From Alkalispirochaeta sp. (GTDB lineage Bacteria; Spirochaetota; Spirochaetia; DSM-27196; Alkalispirochaetaceae): a stretch of 64,000 bases of DNA. This document shows, piece by piece, positions 43,212 through 52,300 of the stretch. The first letter of the stretch is position 1. Every line of letters starts with the position of its first letter. Location of the stretch: assembly GCA_965242725.1 (NCBI GenBank), contig CBDESZ010000026.1:32001-96000 (forward strand), read 5' to 3'. A model generated the notes under the pieces. It saw nothing but the letters and a program-made list of their open reading frames with translations. It was not told the DNA's origin and searched no databases. The position numbers and the translations under genes were made by a program.

Positions 43212-44797
43212 ACGTGCACTCCGTGGCGTTGGTAGGAGGCACGACCGCGAATATTGCTGTGAGGAGGAATTGAGCGGTCTGATTCGTCGGGTTCACCTGC
43301 CGATGTATCGAGTCCACGCTCAAGAATCCGTTTTAGATTCTTATAGGTCGGTACGCCGATCGTATTAGCGAAGCGACACGCCGCCTCGAGACGAGTGCGA
43401 GAATACGTCTTGGGAAGATTGAGGATACCCAGGCAGCTTTTGAATGCCTGTTGCGGCACCTCCCGGGCATCGAGCACCGCCTGAATGCACCGTTCTGTTT
43501 CCGGCCCGATATCCGCCGCCCACGAAAGGAGCCTGTCCGGACCCAACTCGTCGTGGAAGCGGTGTTCCGGTGTCATATGGTCGCGATTGGTCGTGTACTG
43601 ATGCGCTCCCGTTTCGCGACGGTGAAATGCGATCCTCACGTTCTTGTGGTAAATCTCTATCTCTCGGTGGGTATAGGAGATACGCACTTTCAGTCCGCGA
43701 TAATCGGCAGGAACGCTATAGTAGTGTTTATCCACCGGGAAGAAGACGTGGTAATTCTTTTGCACGGTGATCGGGCTGGTATAGAGCCGGACCTCATATG
43801 GTTCGGCAGGCAACGGACGAAGGCACTCCTTCTCGATCGCATCAAACCGTTCTTTCCGGCTGATGCCGACTTTCTGCATCGCTCGATCATTCAGACCGTC
43901 CAGGTTCTCCCACATCGCCGTGTTCAACTCGTCAACGGTGGTAAACGTTCGGTTCCGCAGCGGTGCAAGAATGCGCGTGTAGACCAGTCGTACCGCAGCT
44001 TCCACCAACGCTTTATCTCTCGGTTTCTTGACGCGCGCCGGCACAACGGCGCATCCGTAGTAGTGGCTGAAGACATCAAACGAAAAATTGATTCCCGGCT
44101 CGTATCGACTTGGTGTATCCACCGCCGCTTTCAGATTGTCGGGGACGAGGATTTTGGGAGCGCCTCCGGCATATTCCATCGCGTGGGTGGTGCAGCGAAT
44201 GGTGTGTTCGGTGTCCTGCGATATCGTCGCCTCGGTGTAAATCAATCCGCCTGAGGGAAACACCGCCACATACAGTTCCACAGGGATATGAATCCCCGTT
44301 TTCGGATCGACGATGAACGGACGGTCTCCGGCATAGTCGAGAAACATCTTTTCCCCCGGCTCGTGATGGAGGTGCATCGATAGTTCCGAGTCCTCCGTGT
44401 ACATCCGCATGTGCTGACAGAACTGGGAATACTGATACCCCTCGGGGTGCTCGGCGATGTATTCTTCCCACAAAATCTGTCGGGTCACCACGCCCATACG
44501 GTCGCGGCGTCGCCCCAGCTCGTTGACCATTCCCGGCATCAGATTCATCAGAACTTCGTATCGTGGATCATGACGCCGTGTTTCGCTATCCCGCAAACGC
44601 TCGAGCAACTCATCGTCGCTCATCGTCTCCACATCCGCCCATTTCAGTCCGGCATTTTCTGCCTGTTTGAGATACTCCGTCACCACCGGCCGGGATACGG
44701 CCAGTGCGCGGCTGATCTTCCGGATGGATAATCCGGAAGACTCGTTCAACCGAATGATTTCTCGTATTTTACTCATGCTGATCCTCGCTTTCGGCAT
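43208..44797 (-). CDS. istA: IS21 transposase
   Basis: MFLDYAG, VPDNLK, PRDKALVE, YYSVP; SD GAGGAGG. Confidence 0.95.
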   Translation of the reverse strand: MPKARISMSKIREIIRLNESSGLSIRKISRALAVSRPVVTEYLKQAENAGLKWADVETMSDDELLERLRDSETRRHDPRYEVLMNLMPGMVNELGRRRDRMGVVTRQILWEEYIAEHPEGYQYSQFCQHMRMYTEDSELSMHLHHEPGEKMFLDYAGDRPFIVDPKTGIHIPVELYVAVFPSGGLIYTEATISQDTEHTIRCTTHAMEYAGGAPKILVPDNLKAAVDTPSRYEPGINFSFDVFSHYYGCAVVPARVKKPRDKALVEAAVRLVYTRILAPLRNRTFTTVDELNTAMWENLDGLNDRAMQKVGISRKERFDAIEKECLRPLPAEPYEVRLYTSPITVQKNYHVFFPVDKHYYSVPADYRGLKVRISYTHREIEIYHKNVRIAFHRRETGAHQYTTNRDHMTPEHRFHDELGPDRLLSWAADIGPETERCIQAVLDAREVPQQAFKSCLGILNLPKTYSRTRLEAACRFANTIGVPTYKNLKRILERGLDTSAGEPDESDRSIPPHSNIRGRASYQRHGVHV

Positions 44798-45242
44798 TCG
44801 GTTCCTCCTCATCAATCACGATGACGAGATCCAACGTTTCTTGCGAGGATGCAAATCTCCATTCCGATACAAACCTGCCACCCGTTACGATGACCGCCGA
44901 AAATTGGCAGGTTTACGTCGGAATACCCGGCAGGTTTAGCCCGGAATGGGTGGCAGGTTTAAATCGTAACAGCCGGCAGGTTCGGGGCGTAATTTCCAGT
45001 TTCGAGGTAGGGGAGGGGGATGCGCTTGTCCATCGCGTCATAGCGACGTCGCTGATGGTCGAGTCGTCGTGCAAAATTGGGTCGTTCCGTATCGTAGCCG
45101 AGGGCTCTCCCGATCGTTCGACGTGCATCAGGTCCGGTAAAACTTTTACTTTTCCAGGCGACATATCGTTTGGTATAGAAAAACCGTTCGTATCCCGGCG
45201 TCCGATTGTCTTTCGGTACAAAGGTGTCAAAGAAGTTCGCCT

Positions 45243-45398
45243 TCATGCTTCTGTATCCCGGAAAAAGTCCCTGCCGAGTTTTTCCCGGAGTTCCCGAGTA
45301 TCAATATCCATGAGGGCACGGATTCCTTTAATGACCTGCCGTGCGTATGCCGATCCGGCATCAATTGTTTCTTTGAATAACTGCTTTTCCGTCTGCAT
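45243..45398 (-). CDS. small hypothetical protein, 51 aa (absent from ORF track)
   Basis: MQTEKQLFKETIDAGSAYARQVIKGIRALMDIDTRELREKLGRDFFRDTEA; SD AGGAGG; ATGA overlap with the next gene. Confidence 0.75.
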   Translation of the reverse strand: MQTEKQLFKETIDAGSAYARQVIKGIRALMDIDTRELREKLGRDFFRDTEA

Positions 45399-45479
45399 AG
45401 ACTGCTCCTCCTGTATAGGTGATCCGAGCAGTGCGTACGGTGTACAGGCAGAAACTTCCGGCAGGCAGTGAATACCTTC

Positions 45480-45597
45480 TCACATCGTTCCGGGACGCGC
45501 TGTCATATGCGTCTCCAGTCGGCTGTGGCACCTTGCCGTGGAGGCAGGTTGCCGGGCGATCTCAGGGCCGTTTCCCTCACGCCACTCGTGATGTTGG
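45480..45597 (-). ncRNA. SAM-I (S-box) riboswitch
   Basis: P1 ACAUC/GAUGU; AUCACGAG; kink-turn P2 GGCG..GAGGG-AAACGG-CCC..GA-UCGCC; P3 GGCAACC..GGUGCC; L2 CGG complementary to J3/4 CCG; P4 present. Confidence 0.88.
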
Positions 45598-45601
45598 GTA
45601 A

Positions 45602-45630
45602 AACCTATCAGATATGGCATCGCCTGTCAA
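45602..45630 (-). promoter_or_regulatory. sigma70 promoter for the riboswitch transcript
   Basis: TTGACA-17 nt-TAGGTT with TG extension, just upstream of P1. Confidence 0.7.
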
Positions 45631-45700
45631 TAGTATGGAAATTTGAGTGGGATAACGAAATAAATAGAGATAATGATAAATTTAATTGGCCGGCGATTCA

Positions 45701-46693
45701 CTACCGGTACCGCCCCGCCGTCTCCTGAAAACACTTCTTTGCCCGCTCCCGAAGTTCCGGCGGCTCCAGGACTTCCGCATTGGGACCCCACTGGGAGACC
45801 CAGAAAAGCACCTGCGACTGCTGGTTGGTGCGGAAACGGACGATAATGCCGCCGTCGGGGAGGCGTTCCACTTTCTGATCGTGGTGCCAGCGTCGCTCGG
45901 GGATTTTGGTGGCCGCCTCGCCGTCAAACCTGACGGCGATATCCACGGCGCCCTCGTTGACGAAGACGCCGAATGACGGGTCGATGTAGCTTTCCACAGA
46001 GAACCCGTCGGGACGGGTGAAGGTCTCCTTGCGAAGACGGGCTTGTTTGATCCGGTAGAGGGCGTAGATCCGTACCTCCTCGTGGTGGTGGGACCAGCAC
46101 AGCAGGTACCATTCACCGCGATGACCGACGAGATGCAGGGGATCAATGACGCGGATCGCCGTCTTGTCGTGCGCCGGTGCCTGGTAGTGGATTGCGATGG
46201 TGCGCTGTTTGTAGAGACCCTCCCGGACGACCGACCACACCTTCTTGTCGATCCCGGTGACGGGGTCGGAAATCACCGAGACGTGGGCGACGAGATCCTC
46301 GGAGCTGACGGTGACGTTGTCCGGAAGGAGGGTAGCGAGGCGCTTGTAGACGGACCTGAGTTGTTCATACCAGGGGCTGTTGCGATAGCCTTCCAGGGCG
46401 CGGTCGCCAACCATCAATGCCATCAGATCGCCCTCGGTGAGGTCCAGCGCCGGCAACTGCCAGGACATATCGCCGTAGTAGAAGCCTTTTTGGTGCCTGT
46501 CGAACTCAATGGGGGCGCCCCGGTCCCTCATCTTCTCGATGTCCCGCTGGATGGTACGGGTGGTGACCTCTTCAATGTTTTCATCGGACAGACCGCGAAC
46601 GATGTCCGCAGCGGAAGGGTAGTCCCGTTTGTTCCGAAGGCGTCCGTCGATATAGGCGATTCTGGTGGTGATGGCGCGGTAGCTCATAGGCAT
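45701..46693 (-). CDS. WYL-domain transcriptional regulator (wHTH-WYL-WCX)
   Basis: TRTIQRDIEKMR HTH, IDPLHL..WYL, EVLEPPELRE. Confidence 0.93.
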   Translation of the reverse strand: MPMSYRAITTRIAYIDGRLRNKRDYPSAADIVRGLSDENIEEVTTRTIQRDIEKMRDRGAPIEFDRHQKGFYYGDMSWQLPALDLTEGDLMALMVGDRALEGYRNSPWYEQLRSVYKRLATLLPDNVTVSSEDLVAHVSVISDPVTGIDKKVWSVVREGLYKQRTIAIHYQAPAHDKTAIRVIDPLHLVGHRGEWYLLCWSHHHEEVRIYALYRIKQARLRKETFTRPDGFSVESYIDPSFGVFVNEGAVDIAVRFDGEAATKIPERRWHHDQKVERLPDGGIIVRFRTNQQSQVLFWVSQWGPNAEVLEPPELRERAKKCFQETAGRYR

Positions 46694-46763
46694 AGTGTTG
46701 AATATTTGAGCATCATTTTCAAATATCTATAGTATTAGGCGGTCTGGACGGATATCTTGCGTC

Positions 46764-47162
46764 TCAGCCGGATCCGCGCAGCACTTCCAGAAAAACGCGT
46801 GGCGACACTACGAGCTTTTCGGGAGGAAAGTGTTTGTCGTTTCCCGTGACGAGATAATCGGCACCGCCCGAAATCGCCACCTCGTAGAATGGGATGTCGT
46901 CGGAATCAGGAACCACTTCCTTGGCGGGCGCGGCGGTAATGTAGGTGCTGTCGTATTCCAGGTACTCCAGGAGTGACTGGATGTAATCAACGGGAAAGTG
47001 AAACTTCGGACGTAGAAGAACTTTTCGATATTCGGATAGAATTCGATCGTCGACAAGGACGGTCACCGACTTGTTGAGTACGGCGTTGAGAATCGAGCCG
47101 GGTGCTCCATGTGGATTCAGAACTCCGGAAATCAGAACGTTGGTATCGAGAACAATGCGCAC
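46764..47162 (-). CDS. PIN-family putative toxin
   Basis: IVLDTNVLIS, DSDD, LVTGNDKHF. Confidence 0.88.
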   Translation of the reverse strand: MRIVLDTNVLISGVLNPHGAPGSILNAVLNKSVTVLVDDRILSEYRKVLLRPKFHFPVDYIQSLLEYLEYDSTYITAAPAKEVVPDSDDIPFYEVAISGGADYLVTGNDKHFPPEKLVVSPRVFLEVLRGSG

Positions 47163-47446
47163 TAGGAACGCTCACGACGAACCGCGTCGATTTCGGCCTG
47201 TATCTCCGCTTCGGTCATTGTATCGAGCCCGTTCTCTTGGGCGGTTTTCCGCAACTGACGAAGCGCATTTGCCGCTCGGGCGCTGCGAACTGCAGACAGC
47301 GTTTCTTCAAGTGTCTCCCCTGAAAGTGGAGTGAGCAATGCGATCGGCTTTCCGTTGTTTGTGATCACCATCTCCTGCTCCGTCGGAAGCTGTTTCCAGA
47401 TTGCCGCCGGAGAGGTTCGGATGTCACGGACGGTGATGAACTTCAT
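47162..47446 (-). CDS. Phd/YefM-like antitoxin
   Basis: ITVRDIR, VITNNGKPIALL; coupled to the PIN gene. Confidence 0.85.
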   Translation of the reverse strand: MKFITVRDIRTSPAAIWKQLPTEQEMVITNNGKPIALLTPLSGETLEETLSAVRSARAANALRQLRKTAQENGLDTMTEAEIQAEIDAVRRERS

Positions 47447-47501
47447 GTCTTTATAATCATTCTATTGTCACTTGATTGTCAACGATTCTTGTGCTCATAC
47501 G

Positions 47502-49814
47502 TTAAAACCCAATCCCCCGCGTCCGGTCCCGGCTCCGGGCGTTTGACAGGATCTCTCCAACGACGACGGCAGCCTGCACCGGGACTGCCGGCTCCTCCGT
47601 CAATGGCGTCTCGTCCCTCCCAATCTCCAGCATCTCCGCGGCCGTGGCGAGGTCGCTCATCATGAGGGGAGGCCCCTGCCCGAGGGCGGCGATATCGCCG
47701 TCGGTAAAGGTGACATCCGGAAAGATGTAGGCCAGTGCCGGGCGCAGCACATCTTCGTCGATGGCACCGAAGGTGACGTGCTTGTGGAATCGTCTGCGGA
47801 GGGCGGGGTCCACGGCGTCCACCCGGTTGGTGCAGGCGATGAGGATTCCGCTATACTCCTGGATCTACTGGAGGAACTCGGCGATTTGGGAGTGCTCCCA
47901 GGAGCGATGGGCGATGGACCGATCGTAGAGGAGGGCGTCTGCCTCGTCGATGATAAGGACCGAGCCGGCACGGGCGGCGGTGCGGAATGCCGCTGCGATC
48001 TGCTCTTCCGACTCTCCCACATATTTTGAGAGCAGGTCCGACGGGCGCTTGAGCAGGACGTCCCGGCCCAGGCGCTTTGCGAGCCACAGGGCGTACTGCG
48101 TCTTGCCGCCGCCGGGAGGCCCGCCAAAAAGGAGGCGCAATCCCTGTCCGGCCTGCGCGCGATGCGACGCCTGGCGTTCAACTCGATCCAGAGATTCCGA
48201 AGTGGAACAGAATCGGGGGTCGAAGGAGCGGGCGACCGTCGGCAGGCGGCGGACGTCACGGGCGAGGGCGCCGGTGGAGATCCGGTCGATGTAGCCGGAG
48301 ACGCGCCGGTGTACGTCGGCGGGACTGAGGTGCCCGGTGTTCAGTTCCGCGGCGATGATCCGGGCGGTACGGTCGATGGCGGCAGGGGTGATGTCGTATC
48401 GTGCGGCGATGTCGTGGAGCAAGGGGGCGATCCCGGCCGGATCGTGAACGAGGGGTGAGAGGCGTTCCGTGAGCATCCGGACTCTCGTGTCGATGGCGGG
48501 GCGGGGAAAGGCGAGGACGTGACCGAAGCGGCGCATGGCGGAGGTGGGAATCATGCGGTGGTCGTTGGTGATCCAGACGGTGGCCACCGGAAGGTGCTCG
48601 AGCAGGTCGTTGAGGACTCCCTTGTCGTAGCTCCCGCCGTCCAGACCGCCCCCCAAGAGGCCGAAGAAGGCGGCGGCGCTCTGGAGAATGGAGTCGGCTT
48701 CATCGATGATGAGGACGTCCGTGGCGGGGGAAAGCAGATTGGCTGCCATTCGGATTGCATTGAAGCGGCTCCCTTCCGCTTCGGCGCGACGTGGTCCATG
48801 GGAGTATTCGGACCGGCGGTTTTGCGCCGCGAGGGTGTGACCGGTGAGACCGAGGGAGTGGATGAGAGCGCGGGCAAACTCGGTCTTGCCGATCCCCGGC
48901 TCTCCGGCGATAAGCAGGGGGTAGACGCCGCGGACCGCTGCGGCGCAGGTGCGTATTTCGTCGGCGGGCAGCGGGAACTCGTCGAGCGGGAACCGCGGGG
49001 AGGGTGTGTCGTCAAAGAGCCCGGCCGTGAGGTCATCGAGGGTGTCGGATCGGAGTGCGAAAAGAAGGGGACGGCTGACGTTGATATCGAAAATTTCGTC
49101 GCGACCGCCCCGGAAGGCGATGAGACCGAGACGCTCCAGGGGGGAACCGGGGGCGGTCTCCCGGACAAAGGCGGGAACGTCGGTGTCGGCGGCGTCTGCA
49201 ATGATCGACATCTGGGTGCGATGGGTTGCCTGATGCATGAGGCCGGCCATCGGTTCGATATCCTCGAGGGTGTACAGTGCCATGAGAATCCGGATGTCGA
49301 GGGGCGACAGGGTGAAGATGCGGGCAATCTCTTCGACGATCGGCGGGAAGGGAGGGAAGGGCGGGACGGACTCCGCGCCGGCGCTGCTTTCTTTTGCGTC
49401 TATGTCGTCTTTGTTGTCGGCGTGGTCGTTCCGGTCGACCTGGTAGACCAGGTCGGCGATGAGATCCACGACGATGGGGTGGATCGTCTCGTTGTTGCGA
49501 CCGATGCGGTAACAGATTTGCCGCAGGCGGCGCGGGGACGCGTGCGGGGCCTCCAACTCGCTGACCGCGTCCGGCGGCAGTCTGAGGAGTTCTTTCTGCT
49601 CCAGTATGCGGGCGATGAGGGTGTGAAGTTCTTCCGGCTCGGAAACCGTAAGGGCAAACTGGACGAGGTCGTCCGATGGCGAGAGGTGTTCAGCGCATAT
49701 GCGAAAGACGTAGCGGTGGTACGCCTTCCAGTGCGTGTCTATCGGTCTCTGAAGGCGTGAGCGGCCTCCGCGCTTCCGGGTGAGGTGTTCATGGTGTCGT
49801 TGTTGTGGCGTCAT
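47502..49814 (-). CDS. double-AAA+ ATPase with an in-frame TAG at 47865-47867
   Basis: GEPGIGKT/LIIDEAD and GPPGGGKT/LIIDEAD; frame continues past the TAG as IQEYSGILIACTN..DPALRRRF..GIGF. Confidence 0.88.
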
Positions 49815-49821
49815 GTACAGG

Positions 49822-49855
49822 AAGGTAGCCGGTGGTCCGCGACTTAGAGTGTCGC
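49822..49855 (-). promoter_or_regulatory. candidate WYL-activator site plus -10 box (AAA gene)
   Basis: coding strand GCGACACTCTAAGTCGC-N11-TACCTT-N7-ATG. Confidence 0.7.
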
Positions 49856-49939
49856 CGGGACTGACTGTTACGTTTTTTGCAAAAGACCACGTTTCTGCCG
49901 GGTTGCACGTTGACTGGTTTGGGCCCGCCCACTTCGCCG

Positions 49940-50464
49940 TTACCGCCCGCCCGACGGTCCTCGCTTCAGAAACTCCCGCTGCGCCGGCGTCTCGGGAAGA
50001 GAGCCGACCCCCGCGATCTCCCGCGAGGCGACCGGGTAATCATAGCCGAGGGACATGAGGACGGCGACGGCAAACATTCCCGTCCGGCCGATGCCGGCGG
50101 CGCAGTGAATGAAGACCCGCTCTCCGTTGTCGATCAGCTCCGCAACGTGACGGGCGGTATTCCAGAAGCGCCCCGCAGCGAAGAGGGCGGGCGCCTGGAG
50201 GTCGTCTATCGGGAGGTCTATCAGCGTGACCCGGCTCTTCCCGGTACCGTCCGCCTGACGGTGCCGGCGCCGTTCCCGCCACACCCGGTACTGCGGACTC
50301 TCTGCCGCGATCTGCTCTTCCGGTGCGAGGCAGACCACCGTACCGATGCGGTGCTCCTCCATCTCACGGAGCCACCGGGAAAAATTTCCCGCGAGGCGCC
50401 CCGCAAATTTGCGCCCGGGCATCGCGTCCAGATACAGCCTGTTTTTCCACGTTCTCATGCTCAT
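49940..50464 (-). CDS. PTP/dual-specificity phosphatase-fold protein
   Basis: HCAAGIGRTG CX5R loop, LPIDDLQAP, PETPAQ. Confidence 0.88.
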   Translation of the reverse strand: MSMRTWKNRLYLDAMPGRKFAGRLAGNFSRWLREMEEHRIGTVVCLAPEEQIAAESPQYRVWRERRRHRQADGTGKSRVTLIDLPIDDLQAPALFAAGRFWNTARHVAELIDNGERVFIHCAAGIGRTGMFAVAVLMSLGYDYPVASREIAGVGSLPETPAQREFLKRGPSGGR

Positions 50465-50471
50465 GCTATGG

Positions 50472-50507
50472 ATACTATTGTACCGTGGGCGACAGGGAGT
50501 GTCGTAT
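50472..50507 (-). promoter_or_regulatory. candidate WYL-activator site plus -10 box (phosphatase gene)
   Basis: coding strand ATACGACACTCCCTGTCGC-N11-TAGTAT-N7-ATG. Confidence 0.7.
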
Positions 50508-50618
50508 GTTCGAGGCACGCCACGATACCGTTTTACCAATGCAAAACATATTAGTTGTTTTCTGGTGCATAGAGGATAATATAATATATGTGGGCATATA
50601 ATTATAATGGAGGCGACG

Positions 50619-50849
50619 ATGGCACAGGTGACGATTTATCTTGATGAAGCTCATGAAAGGCGGCTTCGGAAGGCGGCGGAGGATGCGGGGATGCCGGTGA
50701 GCCGGTGGGTTGCGGCTCTCATTGAACGGTATACTCGGACCGAGTGGCCTGCTGAAGTGCGTGACGCCGCCGGATCGTGGCCGGATGCCCCTGATGCAGT
50801 ATCATTGCGAAATCCGTCCGGCCGGGATGTGCCGAGAGAGTCGCTATGA
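50619..50849 (+). CDS. CopG/RHH-type VapB-like antitoxin
   Basis: MAQVTIYLD..SRWV..AGSWPD; overlaps the VapC start. Confidence 0.8.
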   Translation: MAQVTIYLDEAHERRLRKAAEDAGMPVSRWVAALIERYTRTEWPAEVRDAAGSWPDAPDAVSLRNPSGRDVPRESL

Positions 50850-51250
50850 CCTACGTTCTCGATACCAATACGCTCATATATTTTTTCAAGGGCCAGGGCG
50901 GCGTGGCGGATACGCTCCTGAGTACTCCGCCTGCGGAGGTTGCAGTGCCGGCAATCGTGGTGTACGAGTTGGAGACGGGAATCCGTAAGTCGTCACACCC
51001 GGAGAAGCGGACGCGGCAATTAAGCTCCCTTCTCGATGCCGCCCGGGTGCTGCCGTTTGATAGGGCGTGCGCGACCGAGGCGGCGCGGGTGCGGGCGGAG
51101 CTCGAGGCATCCGGAACACCGGTCGGTCCCGTGGACGTACTCATTGCCGGTACGGTGATAGCCTGTGACGGCGTACTGGTTACCCACAATGCGGACGAGT
51201 TTAGACGAATCTCCGGATTGCGCATCGTCGATTGGTACCGAATGACCTGA
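50846..51250 (+). CDS. vapC: VapC PIN toxin
   Basis: LDTNT, YEL, GPVDVLIA, LVTHNADEF. Confidence 0.9.
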   Translation: MTYVLDTNTLIYFFKGQGGVADTLLSTPPAEVAVPAIVVYELETGIRKSSHPEKRTRQLSSLLDAARVLPFDRACATEAARVRAELEASGTPVGPVDVLIAGTVIACDGVLVTHNADEFRRISGLRIVDWYRMT

Positions 51251-51339
51251 TCGAGAAGCATAACCGGATAGAACCGGCACCCTCGTGGTATACTTGCATG
51301 ACTTCTTCCGCTAAGGGGTCGGCGTTGCGTATATCGCGA

Positions 51340-52269
51340 ATGTGGATAATCTCCGGGCTGGTACTCATTCTTATTGTTTCGGGCATTGCGACGCGTATAT
51401 TGGTCCGCGACGCGCGACCGCTCAGGGGACCGGCGCTGGATGACCTTGATTTTCAGGAAGTGTCGTTCCCGAACAGGGAAGAAGGGTTGCTTCTCGGTGG
51501 ACTCCTCTTCCTGCCGGGCCAACGGCAGGATATACCCGCGGTGGTCATTATCCATGGCTCCGGAACGAGCAGACGCGACAACTCATGGTACCTTTCCGTT
51601 GCCGGCTATCTACAGGAACGAGGTGTGGCGGTACTTCTTCCTGACAAACGGGGATCGGAACGCTCCGAGGGAGACTGGCGCACCGCTGGTTTTGCAGAGC
51701 TTGCTTCCGATGCGATCGCCGGTGTCACGTTTCTTGAGTCGTACGAAATCGGCGATTTCTCGAAGATCGGCGTGATTGGCATGAGTCAGGGCGGACAGAT
51801 CGCCCCGATCGCCGCGACCATGTCGGATGAGGTTGACTTCGTCATCAGCGTATCCGGATCGGCAGTACCTCTGAGGACACAGCTGTTCTATGAAGAAAAT
51901 CACAATCTTCGGGAGCTGGGCGTTCCTCCGCTTCTTTCCAACGTGCTCGCCTACCCTGCGGCCTGGAGTATCATCTATCTGCGGCAGCGGGACTTCTGGA
52001 CGGCGATCGGAAACCCCGACGCGCTGCCCAACTGGAATCAAGTGGATGTGCCTTCGCTCATCCTTTACGGTTCGGACGACACAAATGTACCGGTAACCCG
52101 CAGCGTGAACAGACTGCGTTCACTGGACAAGGAGAACCTGCACATCAACGTCTACCGGGATTCCGGGCACGCTATCGAGGATCCGCCGGGACGGGGTGAT
52201 CGCATCGTCAGAGAGGAAGTTCTCGAGGACATCGTAAGCTTCATCCGAGGGGTCCCCGGACCGCCTTGA
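51340..52269 (+). CDS. alpha/beta hydrolase, membrane-anchored or exported
   Basis: HGSG, DKRG, GMSQG nucleophile elbow, D and GH triad; start uncertain (alternative 51298). Confidence 0.82.
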   Translation: MWIISGLVLILIVSGIATRILVRDARPLRGPALDDLDFQEVSFPNREEGLLLGGLLFLPGQRQDIPAVVIIHGSGTSRRDNSWYLSVAGYLQERGVAVLLPDKRGSERSEGDWRTAGFAELASDAIAGVTFLESYEIGDFSKIGVIGMSQGGQIAPIAATMSDEVDFVISVSGSAVPLRTQLFYEENHNLRELGVPPLLSNVLAYPAAWSIIYLRQRDFWTAIGNPDALPNWNQVDVPSLILYGSDDTNVPVTRSVNRLRSLDKENLHINVYRDSGHAIEDPPGRGDRIVREEVLEDIVSFIRGVPGPP

Positions 52270-52300
52270 CCACCGGAATCGGAGCGCTCATTATGGAGTC

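Larger units (their letters stand above)
42373..44998 (-). mobile_element. complete IS21-family element, 2626 bp, 5-bp target site duplication GTTTC
   Basis: inward-read termini TGGATATTCCGC.. and TGGAAATTACGC..; reiterated AAACCTGCC repeats at both ends; GTTTC at 42368-42372 and 44999-45003. Confidence 0.93.
42004..45246 (-). pseudogene. hypothetical protein (203 aa when rejoined) interrupted by IS21
   Basis: 45246-44999 joined to 42367-42004 gives one 612-nt ORF reading ..LPYLE|TIGVKW.. Confidence 0.85.

Noticed and set aside
44860..44998. CRISPR-like short repeats
   Set aside because: They are IS21 subterminal repeats with no unique spacers, and there are no cas genes.
45668..45687. GATAATGATAA Fur-box-like half site upstream of the riboswitch promoter
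   Set aside because: Only half matches, it lies in an AT-rich tract and it does not overlap the promoter core.
47865..47867. Pyrrolysine or recoded TAG
   Set aside because: TAG terminates many normal genes in the window (rplV, rplN, rplE), and no pyl genes are visible.
13134..49760. Long antisense ORFs (e.g. 13134-14411, 33114-34364, 48519-49760)
   Set aside because: Shadow frames of well-supported genes in GC-rich DNA, with no recognisable motifs.
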